Shown: one piece after another, positions 36,806 through 44,950 of the stretch
Layout of the letters: every line of letters starts with the position of its first letter
Position numbering within the stretch: the stretch's first letter is position 1
From: an uncultured Bacteroidales bacterium
Lineage (GTDB): Bacteria > Bacteroidota > Bacteroidia > Bacteroidales > CAIWKO01
Reading direction: 5' to 3'
NCBI GenBank assembly: GCA_964469155.1
Contig: CAYXXU010000003.1
Location: 24,511 to 88,510, forward strand
Length of the DNA: 64,000 bases
The notes under the pieces: model-generated
The model's input: the letters and a program-made list of their open reading frames with translations, nothing else
Database searches by the model: none
What the model was told of the DNA's origin: nothing
Made by a program: the position numbers and the translations under genes

Positions 36806-37383
36806 TGAATAATAAAATTCCATATCTCCAAGAATGGCTCGACCTTGCTAATTCTGGAAAATTTGAAAAAGCTCAAGAACTTTATTTTGAAAAGCTTTTT
36901 GAGGTTGTAATAATTAATTTCTGTGATAAGTTTAGTAATATATTGCCAGCTGGAGGTACATTATTCTCAGTTCTTGGTTTTTCACCGGAACCAATTATTC
37001 TGACAGCAAAAGCAATTAAACCAGAGACTCACATTATTTTCACAACAAATAATCAAAAAGTTGACAATAGTTATCTCGAAAAATTTCTTGAATCCAATTA
37101 CGAACTAATCTACTTAAATGATGAGAATTTTGTGTCAATATATAGGACAATGAAGGAACAACTTGTTTTAAACCCAAACTCACAAATTACGGTTGACATA
37201 ACCGGTGGAAAAAAATCAATGGTTGCTTCTGCTTCAATATTTGGCAAAGATTACGGTTGTAGAATTGTTTATGTCGATTTCGCTGAATATATAAAAGAAT
37301 TAAGAAAGCCATTACCGGGTTCAGAGTTCCTAAACATTGTGTACGATCCGCTGAAGCATCAACCAGAAATAAGAATAGTATGA
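36805..37383 (+). CDS. Stand-alone CARF-like (Rossmann) domain protein (192 aa)
   Basis: TLFSVLGFSPEPIILTAKAI (first strand-loop) and VDITGGKKSMVASASIFG (DxTGGTKxM-type CARF/DUF1887 motif). Start overlaps the PLD stop by 1 nt. Confidence 0.5.
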   Translation: MNNKIPYLQEWLDLANSGKFEKAQELYFEKLFEVVIINFCDKFSNILPAGGTLFSVLGFSPEPIILTAKAIKPETHIIFTTNNQKVDNSYLEKFLESNYELIYLNDENFVSIYRTMKEQLVLNPNSQITVDITGGKKSMVASASIFGKDYGCRIVYVDFAEYIKELRKPLPGSEFLNIVYDPLKHQPEIRIV

Positions 37384-38489
37384 AACATCAGGTCATTTTA
37401 ATCGGCGGTCAGGTACTGCCTTTATATATTGGGGTTATTCAAAAAAATCCGGATCAGATTTTTGCATTATTTACTGAGCAATCAGAAGAAACAAAAAGTC
37501 AACTGCAAAAGCAGGTGCCATCCGATAATTTTACAGCGCTTAAAGTCAATGCATACGATTTTAATGAAGTATATACCATTTGTAAAAAATTAATCGAAAA
37601 TGATAATTCTCAATCCTGGGAGTTAAATTTAACAGGTGGTACTAAAATAATGGCATTAGCTGCACAAAAAGCATTTCATGAAAGCAACAAAAGTATTTTC
37701 TATGTTGACCAGAATCATAAACTTTTCAATATTGATAATGGAATAACTGAAAATATCAATTGTAAAATAAATACAGAGGACTTTTTCAAACTGGCCGACC
37801 AATGTAACTTTAAGCACTTATCAATAACCGATTTTTCTCCTAACGATTTTCACTTGGCATCTCAAATAGAATATTTGTCAAATTCTAATTCTGAGTTTAC
37901 AAATCTTTTAAAATCATTCCGTAGTCAACATTCTCAAAATGTTCCAGCGAACTTTACAATTACCTCTCAAAAAGGCTCTTCTATCAAATGGAATAAAGGT
38001 TCAAATAATATGGTAATTGATTTAAAAGACAAAAAGCCCTATAATCAGTCCATCACAAACAAAAATGCAGTATATCTTGTTTTAAACGGAGGTTGGTTCG
38101 AGATTCTGGCTGCAAAAGAAATTAGTAAATGGCAGGACATACATGAATTATGGCTCAATGTAGAGTTCAGCTATAAAAATGAAGCAACACCGAAAAATGA
38201 AATTGATATTCTTATAAACACTGGGAATAATCTGATTTTTGTTGAATGTAAATCCGGGATTATAAATGCAACTGATATAAATAAAATGAAAGTTGTTCGC
38301 GAATTATATGGTGGCATTACTGCAAAATCATTGCTTTTCTGCAGAAATTATCCCGCCAGTCGTATTCTGGAAAAATGTAAAGAATTTGATATTGAAATCT
38401 TTGCATTAAATGGACCTCTCAACTCCAAAAACAATTATTCTGATGTTCAAAAGCATTTGAATTTATTACAAAATGCCATTTATTCATAA
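37380..38489 (+). CDS. Card1/Can2-like protein: N-terminal CARF (DUF1887) + C-terminal PD-(D/E)xK nuclease
   Basis: KHQVILIGGQVLPLYIGV, LNLTGGTKIMALAAQKAF, FYVDQ; nuclease part GGWFEILAAKEI, EIDILIN, LIFVECKSG. ATGA overlap with the upstream gene. Confidence 0.75.
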   Translation: MKHQVILIGGQVLPLYIGVIQKNPDQIFALFTEQSEETKSQLQKQVPSDNFTALKVNAYDFNEVYTICKKLIENDNSQSWELNLTGGTKIMALAAQKAFHESNKSIFYVDQNHKLFNIDNGITENINCKINTEDFFKLADQCNFKHLSITDFSPNDFHLASQIEYLSNSNSEFTNLLKSFRSQHSQNVPANFTITSQKGSSIKWNKGSNNMVIDLKDKKPYNQSITNKNAVYLVLNGGWFEILAAKEISKWQDIHELWLNVEFSYKNEATPKNEIDILINTGNNLIFVECKSGIINATDINKMKVVRELYGGITAKSLLFCRNYPASRILEKCKEFDIEIFALNGPLNSKNNYSDVQKHLNLLQNAIYS

Positions 38490-38498
38490 TGAATAGAG

Positions 38499-40352
38499 AT
38501 GCCTAATATAAAGACAATAGAAAAGAAATGGGTCGATAACTTTAAAAAGTGTCCTCTTGTTGAAAAAGAGTCTGGTGCTTTCAATGCAAGTTACGCTCAT
38601 CAACTATTCTACGGCAAACAGGAAGACAGTTATCCTTCAGATTATCCCCACGATTTCTCGCATTTTTACGTTTCATGTGATAATACTTGTTCTGAAAATG
38701 CAATTGAACGCATTACTGAGTTTTTACATTTCATTGGTATTAGAATCAGGAAAGAAGCAATCATAAAGCATCTTGAAATTTTTCCAGCTGATTTTGAAAA
38801 GTTAATAAGGAAATGTTATTATATTTTTAAAACGCTTGCTCACTATAGTAAGGAACTCAATATTTCTAATCCTTTTTACGATAATAATGGTGATGTTTTT
38901 TTTCTATTACGAATTGAATCCGAAGAAAGCATACATGGTGGTCAGTTAAATTTATTTGAAGACATCGAGCTCCCTGACCTCTATAGTAAAATCACAAATT
39001 TTCCTGATGGGTACGAGAATGATCCAATTATTTGTGACCTCTTTAATAGAATTGAAATCAGCAATGAAAGTTTCTTTATTACTGGTAAAGCAGGAACCGG
39101 GAAATCAACCTTTGTTCAGTATTTTGCTCAAAAAACTAAAAAAAAGGTTTTAATGACCGCATTTACAGGTATTGCCGCAATTAATGTGGGGGGCCAAACT
39201 ATCCATTCATTCTTCCAACTTCCTTTAAAGCCATTAATGCCGGAAGATGAAGAAATAACTTTATTCAGAGATTTTACCCAAAAGTACAAGATCATCCAAC
39301 AAATTGACACTATCGTTATAGATGAAGTTTCAATGCTTCGTTCTGATCTTCTTGAAGCTCTCGATTATTCACTTAGAAAAAATGGAGGAGACTCATCAAA
39401 GAAATTTGGAGGTAAACAAATCCTCTTTGTCGGTGATATTTTTCAATTACCGCCTGTTGTAGATTCCGTTGACGAAGTAGAGAATGAACTTTTCTCCATA
39501 ATATACAAAAGCGAATACTTCTTTGATTCAAATGCTTATAAGGAACTTTCCCCGGTATATTTTGAGTTCAGTAAATCTCACCGCCAAAAGGATGACATGC
39601 CATTTGTTGAATTGTTAGATGAGGTGAGAATTTGTCAGGTGTATGATTCTGCCTTGAACAAATTGAATGAAAGGTATAATCCTAATTATATTCCCCAACC
39701 TGATGAGTTTGTGATTACTCTTACTACTACGAATGCAATTGCAAATACTGAGAACACAAAGAAACTCATAGCCCTGCCTTATACAAAATTCATATTTGAA
39801 TCCGAAATTACAGGTGAATTTAAAGATGACAAATATCCTACGGCAAAAACCTTAGAATTGAAAAAAAATGCTCAGGTTATTTTTATTAGAAATGATTATA
39901 CCGGTGGAAGATGGGTCAACGGAACAATAGCAAAAATTGATTTTATATCAAGTGAATTAATTGAAGTACGGCTTCAAAATGGTGATGTTCATAAATTAGA
40001 AAAAGTGACATGGGAAAACAGGAAATACAAATTTGATAGAGATAAAAGGAGAATCGTTTCAGAAGTTATCGGCACCTTCACACAATTCCCAATTAAACTG
40101 GCTTGGGCTATTACCATACACAAAAGTCAGGGGCTTACCTTTGATAATGTAATTATAGATTTAGGTTCTGGAGCTTTCGTAAATGGTCAAATCTACACTG
40201 CATTAAGCAGATGCCGTACCCTGCATGGAATTATCTTGAAAAGGAAAATTCGTAAAGAAGATATTATTTCCGATAAGCGAATTATTGATTTTCATCAGGT
40301 AGAACAGACCCTCCACTCCATAATTAAAGATTTTAGAGAAAATTTAAATTGA
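38499..40352 (+). CDS. PIF1/RecD-family SF1B helicase with an uncharacterised ~190-aa N-terminal domain
   Basis: Walker A GKAGTGKST (39081-39107), VIDEVSMLRSDLL, VGDIFQLPPV, AITIHKSQGLTFDNVIIDL, YTALSRCR. Confidence 0.85.
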   Translation: MPNIKTIEKKWVDNFKKCPLVEKESGAFNASYAHQLFYGKQEDSYPSDYPHDFSHFYVSCDNTCSENAIERITEFLHFIGIRIRKEAIIKHLEIFPADFEKLIRKCYYIFKTLAHYSKELNISNPFYDNNGDVFFLLRIESEESIHGGQLNLFEDIELPDLYSKITNFPDGYENDPIICDLFNRIEISNESFFITGKAGTGKSTFVQYFAQKTKKKVLMTAFTGIAAINVGGQTIHSFFQLPLKPLMPEDEEITLFRDFTQKYKIIQQIDTIVIDEVSMLRSDLLEALDYSLRKNGGDSSKKFGGKQILFVGDIFQLPPVVDSVDEVENELFSIIYKSEYFFDSNAYKELSPVYFEFSKSHRQKDDMPFVELLDEVRICQVYDSALNKLNERYNPNYIPQPDEFVITLTTTNAIANTENTKKLIALPYTKFIFESEITGEFKDDKYPTAKTLELKKNAQVIFIRNDYTGGRWVNGTIAKIDFISSELIEVRLQNGDVHKLEKVTWENRKYKFDRDKRRIVSEVIGTFTQFPIKLAWAITIHKSQGLTFDNVIIDLGSGAFVNGQIYTALSRCRTLHGIILKRKIRKEDIISDKRIIDFHQVEQTLHSIIKDFRENLN

Positions 40353-40384
40353 ATGACATTATATAAATAAAGAATAATATAATA

Positions 40385-40837
40385 ATGCAATCCTATCAAA
40401 TTAATTTCGATTCGCCCAAGCACTTTGAGTTAAGCAACATAAAGCCGCTTAATGGTATAGTGGGGTTGTATTTTATTTTCACTTCAGGCACATACATCCA
40501 ATATCCTTTTCAAAAGTCCAGATTGATCTATATCGGTATGAGTGAAAAGAAAACAAATAGCATTGGAAGCCGTCTTACAGGGCATTTTGAAGGGAAGTCA
40601 AAAAACCTGGGTTTGGTAAATTACCGAAAAGTCGATCATTTGTTATTTACATTTATTAATTTTGAAATGCTACGGAAGTTTTGGGATCACCGTATTGAAG
40701 ACCTTGAAAGTTACTTTATTCTCGATTTTGTTGAAAAATACGGGGTTTATCCGATTTGTAACAATAAATCCGGGTTTGAAATCCTGGAAAAAAAAATAGA
40801 AGCAGATTTTTTTATTAACTGGAAATATTTTGAATAA
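40385..40837 (+). CDS. GIY-YIG-like small nuclease-domain protein (150 aa)
   Basis: VGLYFIF ... LIYIGMS ... GSRLTGH ... LESYFILDF ... CNNK. Same element order as the 138-aa protein at 28717. Confidence 0.55.
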   Translation: MQSYQINFDSPKHFELSNIKPLNGIVGLYFIFTSGTYIQYPFQKSRLIYIGMSEKKTNSIGSRLTGHFEGKSKNLGLVNYRKVDHLLFTFINFEMLRKFWDHRIEDLESYFILDFVEKYGVYPICNNKSGFEILEKKIEADFFINWKYFE

Positions 40838-40839
40838 TT

Positions 40840-41043
40840 ATGGAAACAAAAATTAAAAGCGGAACAGAAGTAATTGAAGAATTTTTTGCAGAAATTCTCA
40901 ATATTCCTGGAGTAGATCCAAAAACAGCTGAGGCGTTGGTGTCACTTTACAACAAGGATAAACTCACAGAAAAAAACTTACAGAATGCTCTGGACGAAAT
41001 AATCCAAAAAGAATTAACTAAAATCGAAAAAGGAAATGAATAA
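40840..41043 (+). CDS. Small helical protein (67 aa), unknown
   Basis: ORF 2 nt after the GIY-YIG gene, overlapping the ATPase start by 8 nt. Confidence 0.5.
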   Translation: METKIKSGTEVIEEFFAEILNIPGVDPKTAEALVSLYNKDKLTEKNLQNALDEIIQKELTKIEKGNE

Positions 41044-43453
41044 AATAATAAAAATCAGTATTTCTGGTATTCGTGGTGTTAAAGACTCATTGGAATTACC
41101 TCTTGATGGTAAACCTCTTTTAGTTTATGGCGAAAATGGATCCGGCAAAAGTTCTATTTCCGATTCATTAGAATGGTTTTACATGGATAATATTGAACAT
41201 TTATCCGGACAGGAAATAGGCAAGGAATCAATTAGAAATATATTTCTTCCGGATGATGAAAATTCCTTTGTTGAAATCCTGTTTTCCAATAAGAAATTGG
41301 ATACAAAGAAATCGCTAAGCTCCTCATTTCGCAAAGCCAATTCAAATAATTCTAGCGTGTTTGACGAATATATTGATACATCGCAATCCGAAAATCTTAT
41401 TTTACGTTATAGGGATCTGGTCCAGTTTATTACAGCCACAAAAGGTGAAAAGCTAACACATCTTCAGTCAATAATTGGCTTTTCTGAGGTCAGGGATATA
41501 AGGGCAATACTTAAAAAGTTTGCTGGCAAATACGCCCGTGAGATAAAAGCAGCCAATTTTAGTTATAAAAAAAGCCAGCAGCAATCCATTTTAATGGAAT
41601 GTTTTGCTCAGAATATTACTTCCGAAAAGCAATTCTGCGAATCAGCGTCAAAACTTATCAAACCCTTAAAACTTGACAAAACTATTAACTCTTTCCGAGA
41701 TTGCAGTGTTATATTAAAATCAATAGAATCAAAAGAAGAAACTACAATTGTTGAGCAAATAAATTTCAATAATAGAGTTTCTGATATCCTCTCAGAGTTT
41801 ATTGCTGAACTTACTCATATTCATACATGCTACCAGAATTATTTTACAGTATATTCATCTTTAAGAAAAGATAAGGAGAAGATAAAAAAACTGCTCCTAT
41901 TAGATTTATTGGTCGAAGGTATCAAAGCATTAAAAAATGATATAATTAAAGGAGATATTTGCCCGCTATGTCAGCAACAAAAAAACAAAATTGAGTTAAT
42001 TAAGGAGTTGAATAATCGGATTGAAGATTTAAAGGAAGTCCAAAGTGAAAAAAACAATTTTGATGATAAAGTTGATGAACTTAAAAACATTCTTGAAAGA
42101 AACTTAAATTCCATTAATGGGCTGCTTCGAGAAAAGAATCTTAAAGATAAAGCTAATGCGGCAATTTTAAAAACAATCGAGACACTCAGTAAGTCTTTGA
42201 AGCAGATATCAGATGAACTTAAGAAAGATCTTTTTTCTGATGCCCCCATTAAAAAGCTCAGTGAAGTACAAATTGAAAAAAAGGCCATTGAAGAACTAAT
42301 CAAATTATCTAAAAATAAGGCAAAGGAATTAACAGATAGCATGTCGGGTAATTTGAAATTACAGGTACATACAAAACTTTCCAGAGCCAATGATGCATAT
42401 ATTTCATTTCAAAAACTGGTTAAAGAAGAAGTTTTGCTTACAAGTCAACAAAACACATTTGAGGCGCTTTATTCTGATTTTATAAAGCGCCAGGAGGAAG
42501 CATTAAATGTTTTTCTGAAATTATTCTCTGGTGATATTAATAAGTATTATTCACTAATGAATCCTGATGAACATGTTGGGGATATTCGGCTTGTTCCAAT
42601 GAAAGACAAATACGATGACTTGGATGGAATTACAATTACTTACAATTTCTATAAGACTAAACAATCTCCGCCAACCGCACTTCTAAGTGAAAGCCACATT
42701 AATTGTTTGGGGTTGTCATTTTTTCTTGCTTCCGTAAAGGCGTTTAATAAAGAGAATAATTTCTTTTTGTTAGATGATGTTATCTCTAGTTTTGATGGTA
42801 ACCACAGAACCCGTTTTATGAGGTTGTTGATCGAAGTATTTTCAGATTATCAGATTATTTTACTAACTCATGAAAAAGATTTCTTTGACATTGCATCCAG
42901 CGAAGCAAAGCGAAAGAATTGGGTAATCAAATCACTATCCTGGACTGCCGAAAAAGGTGTTGGGTTTGAAACTCCGTTAATTGATTTAAGGTCTCGTATT
43001 GAAGAAAAGTTAAAAACGAAAAATACAGATGGGCTTGGTAATGATATCAGGAAATATGGAGAAAGACAACTTAAACAAATTGCCTTAAATATTGAGGCTG
43101 ACCTTCCATTTAGATTTAACGACCGGAATGAGGATCGTATGATGAACGAATTGTTGTGTGGTATTCAAAGCAAAATAAATAAGCATTCTCCCTCAGATTT
43201 AAAATTGAAGTCAAATTGTGATTCCTTGCTCGCATCACCAATGATGATTGGCAACAAATCCTCCCACGACAGTTCTTTTAAAGAAAACATAGCGGATCTT
43301 GGTGTTTTCGATGAAGATGTAATAAAATTGATAAAAACCTTTTATTGCTCAGAGTCCAAATGCAAAAGTTTTATTTCCATTAAGAATTATGACACTGTAA
43401 AAAAGCAAATACGCTGCAATTGCGGAAAGTTATGTTATAGTTGGATTAAATAA
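41036..43453 (+). CDS. RloC/PrrC-like AAA_13-type ABC ATPase with coiled-coil CxxC zinc hook and HEPN-like C-terminal domain plus terminal zinc ribbon
   Basis: Walker A GENGSGKSS (41129-41155), zinc hook CPLCQQ (41960-41971) in a long coiled coil, Walker B/D-loop FFLLDDVISSFDGNHR (42771-), C-terminal IGNKSSHDS (Asn 43263, His 43275), terminal CSESKC...CNCGKLC. Confidence 0.6.
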   Translation: MNKIIKISISGIRGVKDSLELPLDGKPLLVYGENGSGKSSISDSLEWFYMDNIEHLSGQEIGKESIRNIFLPDDENSFVEILFSNKKLDTKKSLSSSFRKANSNNSSVFDEYIDTSQSENLILRYRDLVQFITATKGEKLTHLQSIIGFSEVRDIRAILKKFAGKYAREIKAANFSYKKSQQQSILMECFAQNITSEKQFCESASKLIKPLKLDKTINSFRDCSVILKSIESKEETTIVEQINFNNRVSDILSEFIAELTHIHTCYQNYFTVYSSLRKDKEKIKKLLLLDLLVEGIKALKNDIIKGDICPLCQQQKNKIELIKELNNRIEDLKEVQSEKNNFDDKVDELKNILERNLNSINGLLREKNLKDKANAAILKTIETLSKSLKQISDELKKDLFSDAPIKKLSEVQIEKKAIEELIKLSKNKAKELTDSMSGNLKLQVHTKLSRANDAYISFQKLVKEEVLLTSQQNTFEALYSDFIKRQEEALNVFLKLFSGDINKYYSLMNPDEHVGDIRLVPMKDKYDDLDGITITYNFYKTKQSPPTALLSESHINCLGLSFFLASVKAFNKENNFFLLDDVISSFDGNHRTRFMRLLIEVFSDYQIILLTHEKDFFDIASSEAKRKNWVIKSLSWTAEKGVGFETPLIDLRSRIEEKLKTKNTDGLGNDIRKYGERQLKQIALNIEADLPFRFNDRNEDRMMNELLCGIQSKINKHSPSDLKLKSNCDSLLASPMMIGNKSSHDSSFKENIADLGVFDEDVIKLIKTFYCSESKCKSFISIKNYDTVKKQIRCNCGKLCYSWIK

Positions 43454-43459
43454 TCATAA

Positions 43460-43801
43460 TTACTTGAGGCGGTTATCCCACTTAGTCCCCTGCCAGTCCG
43501 ATATTTCCCCCCCATTGTCACAGGCGGAGCATTTCCAATCAATGGAACCTTCTTTAGAAATGTGTCCTTTAATGGTGCCGTGGCAGCCCTTTTTAAAGCA
43601 TCGTATATCCACTGAACAGTCTTCATTGCGTCCCTTCTTTGTGGTTTCATCAATAATGAGGGCCATGAAGCTAAATAATTTCCGGGCTGCAGCCGGCATT
43701 TCTTTGGCGATGTTGCCGGAGTCATCCAAACAGTGGAGGATATTAGTGATGTACATTAGGTCAAGGAGTTGATATTCGATAAACTGAACAAGATACATCA
43801 T
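43460..43801 (-). CDS. Hypothetical zinc-ribbon protein (113 aa)
   Basis: CFKKGCHG...WKCSACDNGG cysteine pairs. Its start codon and upstream region lie in the 51-bp repeat. GC-richer than its surroundings. Confidence 0.5.
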   Translation of the reverse strand: MMYLVQFIEYQLLDLMYITNILHCLDDSGNIAKEMPAAARKLFSFMALIIDETTKKGRNEDCSVDIRCFKKGCHGTIKGHISKEGSIDWKCSACDNGGEISDWQGTKWDNRLK

Positions 43802-43841
43802 TTTTAATAAATGTCAAGTTTTTTGCGCAAAAAACTTGACA
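43791..43841. repeat. 51-bp direct repeat, copy 1, containing the 30-bp perfect palindrome tgtcaagttttttgcgcaaaaaacttgaca (43812-43841)
   Basis: Identical to 47944-47994. Confidence 0.9.
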
Positions 43842-43872
43842 ACGCAGATTCAACTACCAAACGCAACTAAAT

Positions 43873-44822
43873 TCAGGAAGCTAAATTAATGAAAAGATTA
43901 ACTGGGGTTTCATAGGTTAAATTTTTTCTTGGTCTTCGGTTTAATTTGTATTGAATTTCAGTTATTTGCATGTCTGTTAATGAGTCAAATTTTGATTTTT
44001 TAGGTATATATTGTCGTATGAGCTTGTTTGTATATTCATTTAATCCTCTTTCCCATGATGAGTAAGGATGAGCGAAATAAAAATCTGTATTTAATTTTTT
44101 TGAAATCGTTTTATGGTCGGCAAATTCAGTTCCATTGTCAGAGGTAATTGAGTATATAAAAGATTTATAAGGCAATAACATATCAATTAATGCTTTTGAA
44201 AGTTCTTTTGCGCTTTTTCCAGCTACAAGCTTCTTCATCATAAGAAAATCTGTTTTTCTTTCAACAATGGTAACGATAGCTCCTTTATTTTCTTTTCCTA
44301 CTATCGTGTCAATTTTCCAATCTCCAAATCGTTGTTTTTTATTTATAACATCTGGTCGCTGACCAATCAACACCTTGTCTTTTATCACAATATTTTTACC
44401 CGATACAGGTCGTTTACGATGCTTTAAACGATGCCTGAGATTTTTATATTTATTCCCGCCTACTGCTTTGTCTTGACGAATGTATTGATATATTCGTTCA
44501 TGACTTACCATAGGAATGTTGTTCTTCCTACAATAACCGGTTATTTGTTCCGGGGACCATTGTTCTTTCTCAAACTTTTCATCAATAAATCGCTTTATAG
44601 TGTCATTAAATTTACGAGGATAATTATAACGATCCTTTTTCTCATCGCTGTACGTTTGAGCAATTTCGGCCCGATATTTACCACGCGTTGTTGAATTACG
44701 CTTTATTTCTTTATAAATGGTGGACTTATCAAAGCCCAATGTTTTGCAATAAATGATTTTGACTTTCCACATTCCAGGTATGCTTCTATTTGGTAACTTT
44801 GCTCTTTGGTTAGATGTTTCAT
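43873..44822 (-). pseudogene. IS30-family DDE transposase, interrupted by a 1-nt frameshift in a T/A run (44742-44745)
   Basis: Upstream frame MKHLTKEQSYQIEAYLECGKSKSFIAK stops after the run; the downstream frame continues TLGFDKSTIYKEIKRN... with WKIDTIVG, ITSDNGTEF, SWERGLNEYTN (DDE). Sequence 43843-43868 cgcagattcaactaccaaacgcaac resembles the IS30 terminal IR from memory. The other IS end was not found. Confidence 0.8.
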
Positions 44823-44950
44823 TTGCAACTTATTTTTGGCGATTTAGGAGGCAAAAAAAGAAACTTTTATCCTTTCAGCGAAAGTACGGAGAAAGAAATT
44901 TCTCTGTGCTTTCCTGATAAAAGTTTTACTTTTAAACACCTTGTCACCAT

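Noticed and set aside
43464-43772. 102-aa plus-strand ORF overlapping the 113-aa minus-strand ORF
   Set aside because: Only one can be real. The minus-strand frame has paired-cysteine zinc-ribbon motifs, and its start lies in the duplicated promoter/start cassette. The plus frame is featureless. Residual uncertainty remains.
44823-44950. Second inverted repeat of the IS30 element upstream of the transposase start
   Set aside because: I looked for the reverse complement of cgcagattcaactaccaaacgcaac and found no convincing match. The IS boundary on this side is therefore left undefined rather than guessed.
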